DNA from: Patescibacteria group bacterium
GTDB taxonomy: Bacteria; Patescibacteriota; Minisyncoccia; Phycocordibacterales; Phycocordibacteraceae
Reading direction: 5' to 3'
Length of the DNA stretch: 64,000 nt
NCBI GenBank assembly: GCA_018971045.1
Contig: JAGWVF010000005.1
Location: 10,764-74,763 of the forward strand
The notes under the pieces were generated by a model. The model saw only the letters and a list, made by a program, of their open reading frames with translations, did no database searches and was not told the origin of the DNA. The translations under genes were made by a program, and so were the position numbers. This document shows positions 37,855 through 47,154 of this stretch, piece by piece (the first letter of the stretch is position 1; each line of letters begins with the position of its first letter).

Positions 37855-38105
37855 GACGATCCACCACGACGCTTGTGAGATACAAACTTTTCGCCCCCGT
37901 GCACCTTCACTTCCTCGTCGTCCTTGAGCGGGAGCGTTTCCTTCCCCCTGATTTCGGCGAGCCCCTGATCTTCAGGGACGCCGAGCTCCTCCTTGAGCTT
38001 GCGCACTTTGTACGTGCCGGCGGGAATCTTCTTTTCGTGCCCGTTGATAAAAACCTCGACCTCCTTCTCTCGATGCCCGTGCTCTTCGTGTTCTTTCGCT
38101 GCCAT
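37851..38105 (-). CDS. Ubiquitin-like protein (multiubiquitin-type beta-grasp, BilA/BubA-like)
   Basis: VFINGHEKKIP...LKEELGVP...VKVHGGEKFVSH pattern, C-terminus RRGG-SS. Confidence 0.85.
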   Translation of the reverse strand: MAAKEHEEHGHREKEVEVFINGHEKKIPAGTYKVRKLKEELGVPEDQGLAEIRGKETLPLKDDEEVKVHGGEKFVSHKRRGGSS

Positions 38106-38197
38106 ATATTATGTTGCTTCTGCTAACGGATAATGTGCGGATTTCCGCCCTTGTATTGTAAACCCATCGTGGTAACATTTCCTAGTAATCGACTATC

Positions 38198-38226
38198 CCA
38201 AAATGGTATTCACCGTTCCATTTTGG
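38198..38226. promoter_or_regulatory. Inverted repeat, candidate operator in the divergent Ubl/HTH intergenic region
   Basis: CCAAAATGG-N11-CCATTTTGG. Confidence 0.5.
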
Positions 38227-38261
38227 AAGTATAGATTACAACTTTTCCCCACACAATCTTC

Positions 38262-38633
38262 ATGGCGAAAAAGGATACTGGTACACTAGATGCGAGGGCG
38301 GCCGAAGCGGACGGCGATCTGAAAAAATATATTGGGCGTCAGATCGCCTCGATCCGGAAGGGCTCTGACCTGACGGCGCGGCAAGTTGCTGAGAAGCTGA
38401 AGGTCAAGCGGGAGACCCTGACGCAGATCGAGACGGGACGAAACAATCCGACCGCTTTGATGCTCTGGAAACTTGCATGCCTTTTTCAATGCGAAGTCTC
38501 AGATCTTTTTCCGCAAGTTCCCGAAGGTTTTGGTCTCACGACGTACACGAAATCCGACATGCGCAGAATCAAAAAGGTCGACCCCAGAGCAGTCGAGTGG
38601 GCTGGACGCATGTTCGGTGAGCCTAAGAAGTAA
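38262..38633 (+). CDS. XRE-family HTH repressor (CapH/ImmR-like)
   Basis: IASIRKGSDLTARQVAEKL...TQIETGRNNP...LACLF. Confidence 0.88.
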   Translation: MAKKDTGTLDARAAEADGDLKKYIGRQIASIRKGSDLTARQVAEKLKVKRETLTQIETGRNNPTALMLWKLACLFQCEVSDLFPQVPEGFGLTTYTKSDMRRIKKVDPRAVEWAGRMFGEPKK

Positions 38634-38636
38634 TGT

Positions 38637-39149
38637 ATGCCTAACGATATAGAACGAAAAGCAGACGAGATACTCGATGCATCTGGCTTGCGCACGATAC
38701 CAGTTCCGATTGAGGAGATTGCGGAACACTTCAAGATGCATATTGGTCGTGCGCCGAGCAATGACTTCTCCGGTATGCTCATACGTAAAGATGGCGCTGC
38801 ACTCATCGGTGTTAACAGCACAGAGCATCCGCGCCGCCAACGCTTCACGATCGCGCACGAGATCGGACACTTTTTCCTACACCCTACAAAGAATGTTCTT
38901 GTTGATTATCGAAAGTCCTCTAAGGGTACCCACAGGACGCTCAAAGAAAAGGAGGCAGATATTTTCGCAGCTTCACTACTTATGCCAGCACGAGAATTGA
39001 CCAGAGATTTTATAAAAGTGGCTGGCGGCATACTTACAGATGAAGAGCAAAGAAAAAGCGTGGTGAGTCTTTTGGCTACTAAATATGAGGTGAGCGAAGA
39101 GGCAATGAATATTCGATTACTGGGATTGGGAATGCCAGAACGCGCGTAA
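38637..39149 (+). CDS. ImmA/IrrE-family metallopeptidase (CapP-like)
   Basis: RQRFTIAHEIGH, EKEADIFAASLLMP, VSEEAMNIRL. Confidence 0.92.
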   Translation: MPNDIERKADEILDASGLRTIPVPIEEIAEHFKMHIGRAPSNDFSGMLIRKDGAALIGVNSTEHPRRQRFTIAHEIGHFFLHPTKNVLVDYRKSSKGTHRTLKEKEADIFAASLLMPARELTRDFIKVAGGILTDEEQRKSVVSLLATKYEVSEEAMNIRLLGLGMPERA

Positions 39150-39156
39150 GCCTCTC

Positions 39157-40476
39157 CTATTCCAAAGTCACTTTCCTATCCCTCATCACCAACCTGCTCT
39201 TGAGACACGCTAGCAGCTCCCGCTTCTCTGTAAGCGTCCCGTCGCGCAGCAAGTACTTCGCATAGCTGCGTACATCCACATCGGTATTGCGCTCCTTCGT
39301 TTTCATCCCGAGCACGCCGATGCGGAAGCGGTTGAATCGCGCGATCTCATCCTCGATCTTAGAGCGCATACCGATCTCATCCATGTCGACGGTGTCGAGC
39401 AAACCGGTTAGCTCCTCGATCAAATCTTTCTCATTGATCGGCGGATTCTTGCACTCGACACCCTTGCCGCGAGTGCACATGTAATAGACATGCCGATTGG
39501 TGCCGCCGTCCTTGAGCCGCTTGAATTTCTCGTCGGCGGTGATGCCGCTCTCGCAGTAGCCGCAGCATATCAGTTTTGTGAACGCGAATTCTTTGCTTTC
39601 TGTCTTGGGTATGTAGTGGTCTTGGATGGACGCCTGTACCCGGTCGAACAGCTCCTTGGCGATGATGGGCTGGTGCTTGCCCTGATACCAGTTGCCGCTC
39701 CCTGCCGGATACTCGAACTCGCCGTAGTAGAAAGGGTTGCGCAGGAGGAGGTAGACGTTCCCGAGGACGAGTGCTTTGCCGCTTTTCGTCTTGAAGCCGA
39801 TCTTTTTCAGCCATCGGTACACTTGCCGCCCGCTCCAGCTCTCGTTGCCGACTTTCTCGAAGATTTGCCGTACCGTGACCGACCGCTTCGGATCGATCCG
39901 CAGCTGCCCGCGCCGATCGAGGTGGTTTTCGTTGAGGTAGCCGGTCGGTGCGGGTCCCGGCCGCCAGCCCATCTCACATCGGGCCCGCAGACCGCGCTTC
40001 ACGTTGATGACTTTCTGATCGTTCTCCAGCTTCGCCTGCGATCCGAGAATCATGAGCATGAATTTCTCATTCGGGTTGTTCGTGAAGCGCTGCGAATAAG
40101 TGCGAATGTCGACGAGCTTGCCCTGGTCGATGAGATCGACGACTGCGCCAAGGTCTCCCGCGTTGCGTGAGAGCCGATCCGGCGCCCACGTGAGAATGCC
40201 GTTGAATTTGCCCTCTCGAATTTCTTTGAGCAGCTCGTTGTACACGGCACGCTGGCCGACCTCTTTGGAGGAGTGTGACTCGCGCTTGATCTCCGCGATA
40301 TGCAACCCCTCGCGCTCGGCGAGCGTCGTCATCTCCCGCACCTGCGAATCGATGGAGAGCGCCTGCTTGTCCTCTTCCTCGGTGCTCTTGCGGGCGTAAA
40401 GACAGTAGTTGACTGGTAATGGAACTGCGAGTGGTAATGGCCCAGAAACCCGATCTCTTGTGTAATGATTTCTCAT
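39157..40476 (-). CDS. Large serine recombinase
   Basis: YARKS catalytic motif, DRLSRN, recombinase domain (NPFYYG, HQPII), Zn ribbon CGYC...C...C. Start chosen at ATG 40476. Confidence 0.93.
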   Translation of the reverse strand: MRNHYTRDRVSGPLPLAVPLPVNYCLYARKSTEEEDKQALSIDSQVREMTTLAEREGLHIAEIKRESHSSKEVGQRAVYNELLKEIREGKFNGILTWAPDRLSRNAGDLGAVVDLIDQGKLVDIRTYSQRFTNNPNEKFMLMILGSQAKLENDQKVINVKRGLRARCEMGWRPGPAPTGYLNENHLDRRGQLRIDPKRSVTVRQIFEKVGNESWSGRQVYRWLKKIGFKTKSGKALVLGNVYLLLRNPFYYGEFEYPAGSGNWYQGKHQPIIAKELFDRVQASIQDHYIPKTESKEFAFTKLICCGYCESGITADEKFKRLKDGGTNRHVYYMCTRGKGVECKNPPINEKDLIEELTGLLDTVDMDEIGMRSKIEDEIARFNRFRIGVLGMKTKERNTDVDVRSYAKYLLRDGTLTEKRELLACLKSRLVMRDRKVTLE

Positions 40477-40576
40477 ATACCCCAAGGGATGACGCAACGG
40501 TCTGGGGAGTCCAGGCTCCCTCAAACTCGAGGAGTTGGTAACTCCGCTTCGCAAAACCCCGAGACTAAGTTAGGGT

Positions 40577-40800
40577 CTTGGACGGTAGACCCATTAAGAG
40601 CTATCATGTTCTATACAACTGAATATCAGTCGGCCTAAACCATAGTTTTCTATGGCATGGCCGAGAAGCCGTCCAAGGCAGAAAGCTCCTCGTCGGGAGC
40701 AACCTTGGACGGTCCCACCGGGAAACTGGTGGTGGGTGGCGCAAGCCATCGCCTGGCGGGGAGCTTTGTGTATTCCAGCCAGTAAAAACCGTCCAAGGTT
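40577..40800. repeat. Four copies of CCGTCCAAG(G) in alternating orientation upstream of mod
   Basis: Copies at 40577-40586(-), 40669-40678(+), 40701-40713(-) and 40788-40800(+). Confidence 0.75.
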
Positions 40801-42510
40801 ATGTCCGATATAAAACAAACCGAGCTCAACGCTCGGATCTCAGAATTAGAATCTGAGATCAAAAAATTGAAGAGTGCGAAAACCTACGGCCTCATTTGGG
40901 AAGATAAACCTGAGGACGTCATTTTGCAGTGCCGCGATAGTGTGCCGGTCCTCCGCGAGGTAAAGAATAAAAAGATTGTCGCCGATCCATCGTTACCGAC
41001 AAATCTGTTGATCGAGGGCGACAACTACCACTCACTCTCGGTCTTGAACTACACGCATCGCGGCCAATTCGACGTGATCTACGCCGACCCGCCGTATAAC
41101 ACCGGCAACAAGAGCTGGCGCTACAACAACGATTACATCGAAAAAGAGGACGAGTTTCGGCACAGCAAGTGGCTCTCGTATATCAATAAGAGGGTGCGCC
41201 TCGCCAAAAATCTTTTAAGCGATTCGGGCATTCTGATTTTCGCCATCGACGATTACGAAGCGCATACGCTTCGGCTCCTGCTCGACGAGATCATGGGCGA
41301 AGACAATCGGCTTGGCACCGTCGCCGTGGTACATAATCCGCGGGGACGGAACGACGATAGATTTTTCGCGACGCAGCACGAGTACATGCTCGTGTACGCG
41401 AAGGATAAAGATAAGGCCGTGCTCGGAAATTTCGACCTCACCGATGAAGAGCGCGGCCAGTACAAAAAGAGCGACGATATCTCATCGTATTCGGAGGCGT
41501 CGTTCATGCGTACCGGCAATAACTCCACTCCTCGGGAGCGTCCGAAACTTTTCTATCCGATTTTTTACAACCCGAAAACCCAGAAACTGTCGCTCAAAAA
41601 AGCGAAGGATTCGATTGAGCTTTTGCCGATCAACGAAGCAGGCGAAGAGAAAACGTGGCGCTGGGGCACGGCCACATTCGAGAAACTTTGCGATACGGAT
41701 CTGTTCGTCAAAACGGTAAAGGGCAAATACCGCATATTCAAGAAACGCCGCCTCACCGACGAGGCAGGAAAAAAGCCGAAATCGATTTGGTACAACCCGC
41801 GTTATGACGCCTCAACGTACGGCATCATGGTGCTTCAGGACATCTTTGGGCGAGGCAATCATTTTAACTATCCGAAGTCGTTGCTTTTGATGGAGGACAT
41901 CCTTGAGGTCACCTCGAAACCAGACTCGCTCGTTCTCGATTTCTTTGCCGGTTCGGGAACAACCGGTCACGCTGTGCTCAACCTCAATGAAAGAGACGGC
42001 GGCGCACGCCGGTTTATTCTATGTACAAACAACGAAAATAACATTTGCGAAGAAGTGACTTACGAACGAATCAAGCGCGTCGTAAAGGGCTACAAAGATC
42101 GCCGAGGCAACGCCGTCGATGGAGTGCTCGGCAATCTCGGTTACTACAAAACCGATCTCGTGAATATCGAAAAGCTGCAAACCATATCCGATACGGCCAG
42201 ACTCAAAATTACGTACCAGGCGGGCGAGATGATCGCGATCCGTGAAGACACGCTCGCAGAAAAGGAGAAAAATGAGTGGTGGCAAATATTCGAGGGGCAC
42301 GGTCGATCCACTGCTATTTATTTCAGAGAGGACAAATTGCGTCTCGGCGATCTCGTCAAAGAATTAAATGCCACTAGTAATCCTTCGACGCTCTATGTCT
42401 TCGGCTGGGGCAAGAACGACTACAAGAACGAGTACACCAGTCCGTTGATTCGCGTCGAGGATATCCCAGAGCCGATCATCGAAGTTTATAAGGAAATCAA
42501 TCGGCTCTAA
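40801..42510 (+). CDS. Type III R-M methyltransferase (Mod)
   Basis: YGLIWE, LLIEGDN, DPPYNTG, YPKS and DFFAGSGTTGHAV motifs. Confidence 0.93.
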   Translation: MSDIKQTELNARISELESEIKKLKSAKTYGLIWEDKPEDVILQCRDSVPVLREVKNKKIVADPSLPTNLLIEGDNYHSLSVLNYTHRGQFDVIYADPPYNTGNKSWRYNNDYIEKEDEFRHSKWLSYINKRVRLAKNLLSDSGILIFAIDDYEAHTLRLLLDEIMGEDNRLGTVAVVHNPRGRNDDRFFATQHEYMLVYAKDKDKAVLGNFDLTDEERGQYKKSDDISSYSEASFMRTGNNSTPRERPKLFYPIFYNPKTQKLSLKKAKDSIELLPINEAGEEKTWRWGTATFEKLCDTDLFVKTVKGKYRIFKKRRLTDEAGKKPKSIWYNPRYDASTYGIMVLQDIFGRGNHFNYPKSLLLMEDILEVTSKPDSLVLDFFAGSGTTGHAVLNLNERDGGARRFILCTNNENNICEEVTYERIKRVVKGYKDRRGNAVDGVLGNLGYYKTDLVNIEKLQTISDTARLKITYQAGEMIAIREDTLAEKEKNEWWQIFEGHGRSTAIYFREDKLRLGDLVKELNATSNPSTLYVFGWGKNDYKNEYTSPLIRVEDIPEPIIEVYKEINRL

Positions 42511-42511
42511 T

Positions 42512-44830
42512 ATGATTGCTCTCAAACCATTTCAAGAGACCGCTGTATCCAAGCTCAAGAACGAGTTTCTGTCCCTCTGGAAATCCTCGCGCATAAATAT
42601 TCCGCTGGTGTTTAAATCGCCGACTGGCTCAGGCAAGACGATCATGCTCGCGCAGTTCCTGCGCGATCTCGTCGGCGACCCACGCTTCCAGGGAAACGAT
42701 GTCGCGTTTATATGGTTCTCGTTCAGCGAGGATTCGTATCTGCAAAGCAAGAAACGGCTCTTTAGGTATTACGGCGGCGCGTCTGAACTCGATCTTCTCG
42801 ACCTCAACGATCTCACGCGCGGCAAGCTGGAAAAGAACAATGTCTTTTTTATCAATTGGCAGAAAATCAAAGGACGCTCGAAAGAGAGCCGCAAACTTCG
42901 CCGCCATAACGAGTGGGGCCATACGTTCGACAATTTCATTAATCGCTCCCATGCCGACGGCCGACAACTCGTCGTAATAATCGATGAAGAACACATCGGT
43001 TCGGATACCGATCTCGCCCTCGAGGTCGTCGAGGGGTTGATCAAGCCGCGCATTACCGTCCGCGTGTCGGCCACACCAAAATATATTCCGAATGCCGAGG
43101 AAATCTCCGACAAACGCAGCGGATTCCTGCAGGTCAAGCGTGATGAGGTGATTGAGTCTGGCCTCATCAAGGAAAAAGTCGTGTTTCAGACCGAGGAAGA
43201 TCTCGCGCGAAAAGAATTCAAGAAGATGGATCAGGACGATATCCTGCTTGAGCTCGCGTTCAAAAAGCGCCTCGGCCTCGCCAAACACTACAAGGCGTTG
43301 GACGTCGACGTTAATCCGCTTGTCTTAATCCAGCTGCCCAACGACGATCAGGCGGGCAAAGGCACCGGAACAAACAAGCAAGACATCGTCGTCGCTTTCT
43401 TGAAGCAACACGGCGTACGCAATGAGGAAATCGCAATCTGGCTGTCGCAAGAAAAAATGAATCTTGATGACATAGAGAAAAATGATTCACCAGTTTCGTT
43501 TCTTCTTTTCAAACAAGCTGCTGCGACGGGATGGGATTGTCCTCGGGCAAGCGTGCTGGTCATGTTCCGTGAGATCAAGAATCCGACCTTCGCAATCCAG
43601 ACGGTCGGCAGGATTTTGCGAATGCCGTTCGGTACCCACTTCGCGCAACCCGAACTCAACATTGGATATTTGTATACCAACTACAGGCGTGATGAAGTGC
43701 TTGCCGAGTATGCGCGATCTAAAAGCGACAATCGGCCGGCTATTAATGCAAGTTATCGAAAGCAGGACGTAACACCGGTGCGGGTGGATTCGGTATTCAT
43801 GAGTCGTACCGACTACAACGACCTCGGCGACAGTTTCCAAAGTACGTTTGAGAAAATTGCTGACGGCTATTTCGGATTGACTACAAGTCAGGGTGCAATG
43901 AACTCGCTGGAATCGAAAGGACTTGCTATCGGAGCGACTGTGACAAATGGACTCATCGTCGATGTCGAGATCGACGATTACGACAACTTTACAAACGAGC
44001 TGCTGACAGAGGGCAGCAGCCACGATCAAGAGATGTCCCAGTACGATCTTGAGCGCCTCTACAATTTGCTCTGCTTCAAGCTGATCGCAAAGCAGGTGGA
44101 TGAGAATAAGAAATTCGCACCGGAACGCTCGTGGGGCAAATTGAAAACAGCTCTAAACGTATGGCTATCAAAGTATATCGGGGATTCGCGTCACGAACTG
44201 TATACCGTTATCGTTTTTGATTTACTGAATCCCAACGGCGTACTCGCGCCGCTCATCGGTGATGCGCTCGCGGCATACCGCCCTATTCGCGAGCACGAGG
44301 TCAACAAAAAATCGGAACGTGCAAAGCGAACAGAGACCATTGAGATTCCCCGCGACTCACTTTTCTATACCGATCAGTTCAAGGAAATGAAAGTGTCGAA
44401 ATCCGCCATGACCCCCTTCTTTATCGAGAAGGACTATCAGGGAGAAGATAACGAAAAGGAATTTATCGCATTCCTTGAAGTGCACAAACGGGTTGTGTGG
44501 TGGTATAAGAACGGCGACGCCGGTAGCGAGTTTTTCTCGATCTCGTATCGCAACCCCGACGAGAATAAAGAAAAGCTTTTTTATCCCGACTGGATCGTAA
44601 AGACCAAAGATACCATTTGGGTAATCGATACGAAAAAGGGCGCGACGGCTGAACTTTCTGACACGAAGTACAAGGCCGAAGCGCTCCAGCAATGGCTCGC
44701 GACGCATAAAAATTTTCAAGGCGGCATTGCAGTTCAAGACGGTCCTAACGGCTGGAAGCTCAACAACTCTAAAACCTACTCGTATACGCAGTCGCTGAAC
44801 GGTTGGTCGCGTTTGGCAGATCTGTTTTAG
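42512..44830 (+). CDS. Type III R-M restriction subunit (Res)
   Basis: SPTGSGKT, DEEH, GWDCPRA, QTVGRILR and C-terminal FYPDW...IDTK nuclease motif. Confidence 0.9.
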   Translation: MIALKPFQETAVSKLKNEFLSLWKSSRINIPLVFKSPTGSGKTIMLAQFLRDLVGDPRFQGNDVAFIWFSFSEDSYLQSKKRLFRYYGGASELDLLDLNDLTRGKLEKNNVFFINWQKIKGRSKESRKLRRHNEWGHTFDNFINRSHADGRQLVVIIDEEHIGSDTDLALEVVEGLIKPRITVRVSATPKYIPNAEEISDKRSGFLQVKRDEVIESGLIKEKVVFQTEEDLARKEFKKMDQDDILLELAFKKRLGLAKHYKALDVDVNPLVLIQLPNDDQAGKGTGTNKQDIVVAFLKQHGVRNEEIAIWLSQEKMNLDDIEKNDSPVSFLLFKQAAATGWDCPRASVLVMFREIKNPTFAIQTVGRILRMPFGTHFAQPELNIGYLYTNYRRDEVLAEYARSKSDNRPAINASYRKQDVTPVRVDSVFMSRTDYNDLGDSFQSTFEKIADGYFGLTTSQGAMNSLESKGLAIGATVTNGLIVDVEIDDYDNFTNELLTEGSSHDQEMSQYDLERLYNLLCFKLIAKQVDENKKFAPERSWGKLKTALNVWLSKYIGDSRHELYTVIVFDLLNPNGVLAPLIGDALAAYRPIREHEVNKKSERAKRTETIEIPRDSLFYTDQFKEMKVSKSAMTPFFIEKDYQGEDNEKEFIAFLEVHKRVVWWYKNGDAGSEFFSISYRNPDENKEKLFYPDWIVKTKDTIWVIDTKKGATAELSDTKYKAEALQQWLATHKNFQGGIAVQDGPNGWKLNNSKTYSYTQSLNGWSRLADLF

Positions 44831-44866
44831 GAGTAGGTTATTACTAATTTATTTATTTCTAACATC

Positions 44867-45586
44867 ATGAAAAAAGTTCTCCTCGTTTCCGTTCTCTCTT
44901 TAGCAATCGCCACCCCGGCCTTTGCTGCAGGCCCATACACTACTGGCCAGCAGGGATATGATGTCGGGTTTAATACTAGCTCGTTGCCGGTAGCACCATT
45001 CGGCTTCGGTGTGGTTGGTACCGACGGCGGTCGCGCGTATACACACAATCCCAACTTCGCTATCCAGTTCGCGTGGGCCAAGCAAGGCACCGATGCATCA
45101 GCTGTATACATGAACCTCAACACGGACGTCGGCAGCTACGTGCATGGCAACGTTTCGTCACCCAAAATCTGCAAGGGAGGCGACTCGCTCTGCAAAGCGT
45201 ACAACTATGGCTACAACGCCGCGGCCAGTTCCTTCGCATATGCAACGCAGCAGGGCGCAGCATCAACACTCTGGTGGCTCGACATTGAAACTGCTAACAG
45301 CTGGTCATCGAAGACCACAGTCAACGACGCAACTGTGCAAGGCGCAATCGATTACCTCAACACACAGGGCATCACGGTCGGCGTCTACGCTATCCCGAGT
45401 CAGTGGCAGCAGCTCATGGGATCAAGCTTCGTGCCAGTGCAAACCGGCGGTACTCCCAACTGGTACGCCGACGGCTATAACAGTAATTACGCGAGCGAGT
45501 GCAATGCACCGTTTATCCCAGGAAGTAGCGTCTGGCTGGTGCAGTATCTCCAGAACAGCACGACGGACAACGACTACGGATGCTAA
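44867..45586 (+). CDS. Secreted GH25/DUF1906-like glycoside hydrolase
   Basis: Signal peptide, GYDV, WWLDIE, VGVYA and WLVQY motifs. Confidence 0.6.
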   Translation: MKKVLLVSVLSLAIATPAFAAGPYTTGQQGYDVGFNTSSLPVAPFGFGVVGTDGGRAYTHNPNFAIQFAWAKQGTDASAVYMNLNTDVGSYVHGNVSSPKICKGGDSLCKAYNYGYNAAASSFAYATQQGAASTLWWLDIETANSWSSKTTVNDATVQGAIDYLNTQGITVGVYAIPSQWQQLMGSSFVPVQTGGTPNWYADGYNSNYASECNAPFIPGSSVWLVQYLQNSTTDNDYGC

Positions 45587-45589
45587 CCA

Positions 45590-46636
45590 TTATTCCTTCA
45601 GCCAGAACCAGAATCGGTTCCGCAATTCTTCCGCCAATTCATATGCATCCGCGTGAGACAAAACACCGAGGTACGAGCGCAAGGAGCCAGACAGGGTTTC
45701 TTCCCTAATATCCCCCTTCTTGTATGCAGATACATTTTCCCGCAGCTTGCGAAACATGCGATGCTCAGTCTTTTTTCTCAAAGCAATATGATGCGGCAGG
45801 ATAACGTAACCCAAAAAATCGATGCCTTGTCCATATGGCCGCAGAATGACTTTTCTGGGGTGAAGCTCCAGGCGGAGCCGTTGGGCCAAGAATGCACGTA
45901 TCGGTGGCAGCAAGCCTTCGAGGTACCTCTTATCGCACGATACTATTACAAAGTCGTCCGTGTACCGCGCATAATTCTTTACGCGCAGCCCGTGCTTGAT
46001 GAATTGATCGAACTCGTTCATGTAAATGTTCGCGAACAGCTGCGACGTAAGATTGCCAATGGGTATACCGCGTCGTTCAAAGAGCATAGCACTTGTCGAA
46101 AAGCTCTCAACGATTTCTCGCATGAGCCACATGGTGTCATCATCGCGGATTCTCTTCTGAAGAATCGCAAGCAATACATCGTGGTCGATCGAATCGAAGA
46201 ATTTTCGCACGTCGCACTTGAGCGCCCAACATTTCCTCGAGCCGTTCCGGCTCTCAGCTCGCAGCATGTCGGCTACGCTTTTCACACCCTTGTGCGTACC
46301 TTTCCCGATCCGGCACGAAAAGGATGTGGAAATAAAGGTGGGTTCAAAAATTGGATTCAGCACTCTGAAAATTGCGTGATGCAAGACACGATCCCTAACT
46401 ACCGCTTTATGAATGCGACGCAGCTTTGGATCGCGGATCCAAAAGCCGTAATAGCGACCGTGTTTGTACGTTTTATCGTGCAATTCGCGGCGCAATTTAA
46501 AAATTTCTTTTTCGACACGCTGTTCAAATTCGGCGACGTCGACTTTGTTCCGCTTGTCGCTTTTGAATATATCCCACGCCGCAAAAAGATTCTGTGCGGA
46601 CATTATTAGCGGAAAAATATTTTTACGTGTCTTCAT
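45590..46636 (-). CDS. DGR reverse transcriptase
   Basis: RDRVLHHA, LKCDVRKFFDSIDH, GIPIGNLTSQLFAN (DGR-type SQ motif), RYTDDF, GIDFLGY. Confidence 0.95.
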   Translation of the reverse strand: MKTRKNIFPLIMSAQNLFAAWDIFKSDKRNKVDVAEFEQRVEKEIFKLRRELHDKTYKHGRYYGFWIRDPKLRRIHKAVVRDRVLHHAIFRVLNPIFEPTFISTSFSCRIGKGTHKGVKSVADMLRAESRNGSRKCWALKCDVRKFFDSIDHDVLLAILQKRIRDDDTMWLMREIVESFSTSAMLFERRGIPIGNLTSQLFANIYMNEFDQFIKHGLRVKNYARYTDDFVIVSCDKRYLEGLLPPIRAFLAQRLRLELHPRKVILRPYGQGIDFLGYVILPHHIALRKKTEHRMFRKLRENVSAYKKGDIREETLSGSLRSYLGVLSHADAYELAEELRNRFWFWLKE

Positions 46637-46990
46637 ATGAGCATTGAAACCGACATGCCGATTTTTAAGAAAACGTATGATTTATACAAATCATTCCACC
46701 AACTGCGGGATTCAGTCCCTAAGCAGGATCGATACACGCTTTGGCAGCGCTGCGAGAATCTGCTTCTCGAAGTCTTTGAGGGCATTATGCTGGCAAGTCA
46801 GATGCCAAAATCAGATAAAGTACCCGTGTTGGAGCGCACAAGCCTCAAACTGAATTTTTTGCGCGTATTCATCCGACTCACAAAAGACGTGAAGGCCATC
46901 GACAACAAGAAATATCTTGCGATTGAAGCATCGCTCGATGAGATTGGCCGCATGCTCGGCGGTTGGATACGTTCGTCCAAAGAGCGCTGA
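46637..46990 (+). CDS. avd: DGR accessory variability determinant (bAvd-family four-helix bundle)
   Basis: PIFKKTYDL, PKQDRYTL and EIGRMLGGW motifs; adjacent to RT and TR. Confidence 0.9.
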   Translation: MSIETDMPIFKKTYDLYKSFHQLRDSVPKQDRYTLWQRCENLLLEVFEGIMLASQMPKSDKVPVLERTSLKLNFLRVFIRLTKDVKAIDNKKYLAIEASLDEIGRMLGGWIRSSKER

Positions 46991-46995
46991 CGAGA

Positions 46996-47017
46996 AACGC
47001 CCACTGTAGTGGGCGTT
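46996..47017. other. Hairpin between the TR 3' end and the avd stop
   Basis: AACGCCCAC-TGTA-GTGGGCGTT. Confidence 0.6.
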
Positions 47018-47037
47018 CCCGGAGTGGAGAAATACTG

Positions 47038-47154
47038 CCGGGCAGAGGCGACACCCAAGTTCGAGTTCCGGTTGTCGTCCCAGTAGTTGTTGACGTTGAG
47101 CCCGTTGGCGTCGAAGTTGCCGACGTTGACACGGTTGCCGTCCGAGTCGAGATT
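47038..47154 (-). repeat. DGR template repeat (TR)
   Basis: 117-bp match to 47536-47652 with 14 mismatches, all at TR adenines (minus strand); AAC-rich. Confidence 0.96.

Noticed and set aside
45590-46636. RT as group II intron, retron or Abi RT
   Set aside because: The SQ motif, absence of maturase/endonuclease extensions, adjacent avd and A-specific TR/VR pair identify a DGR
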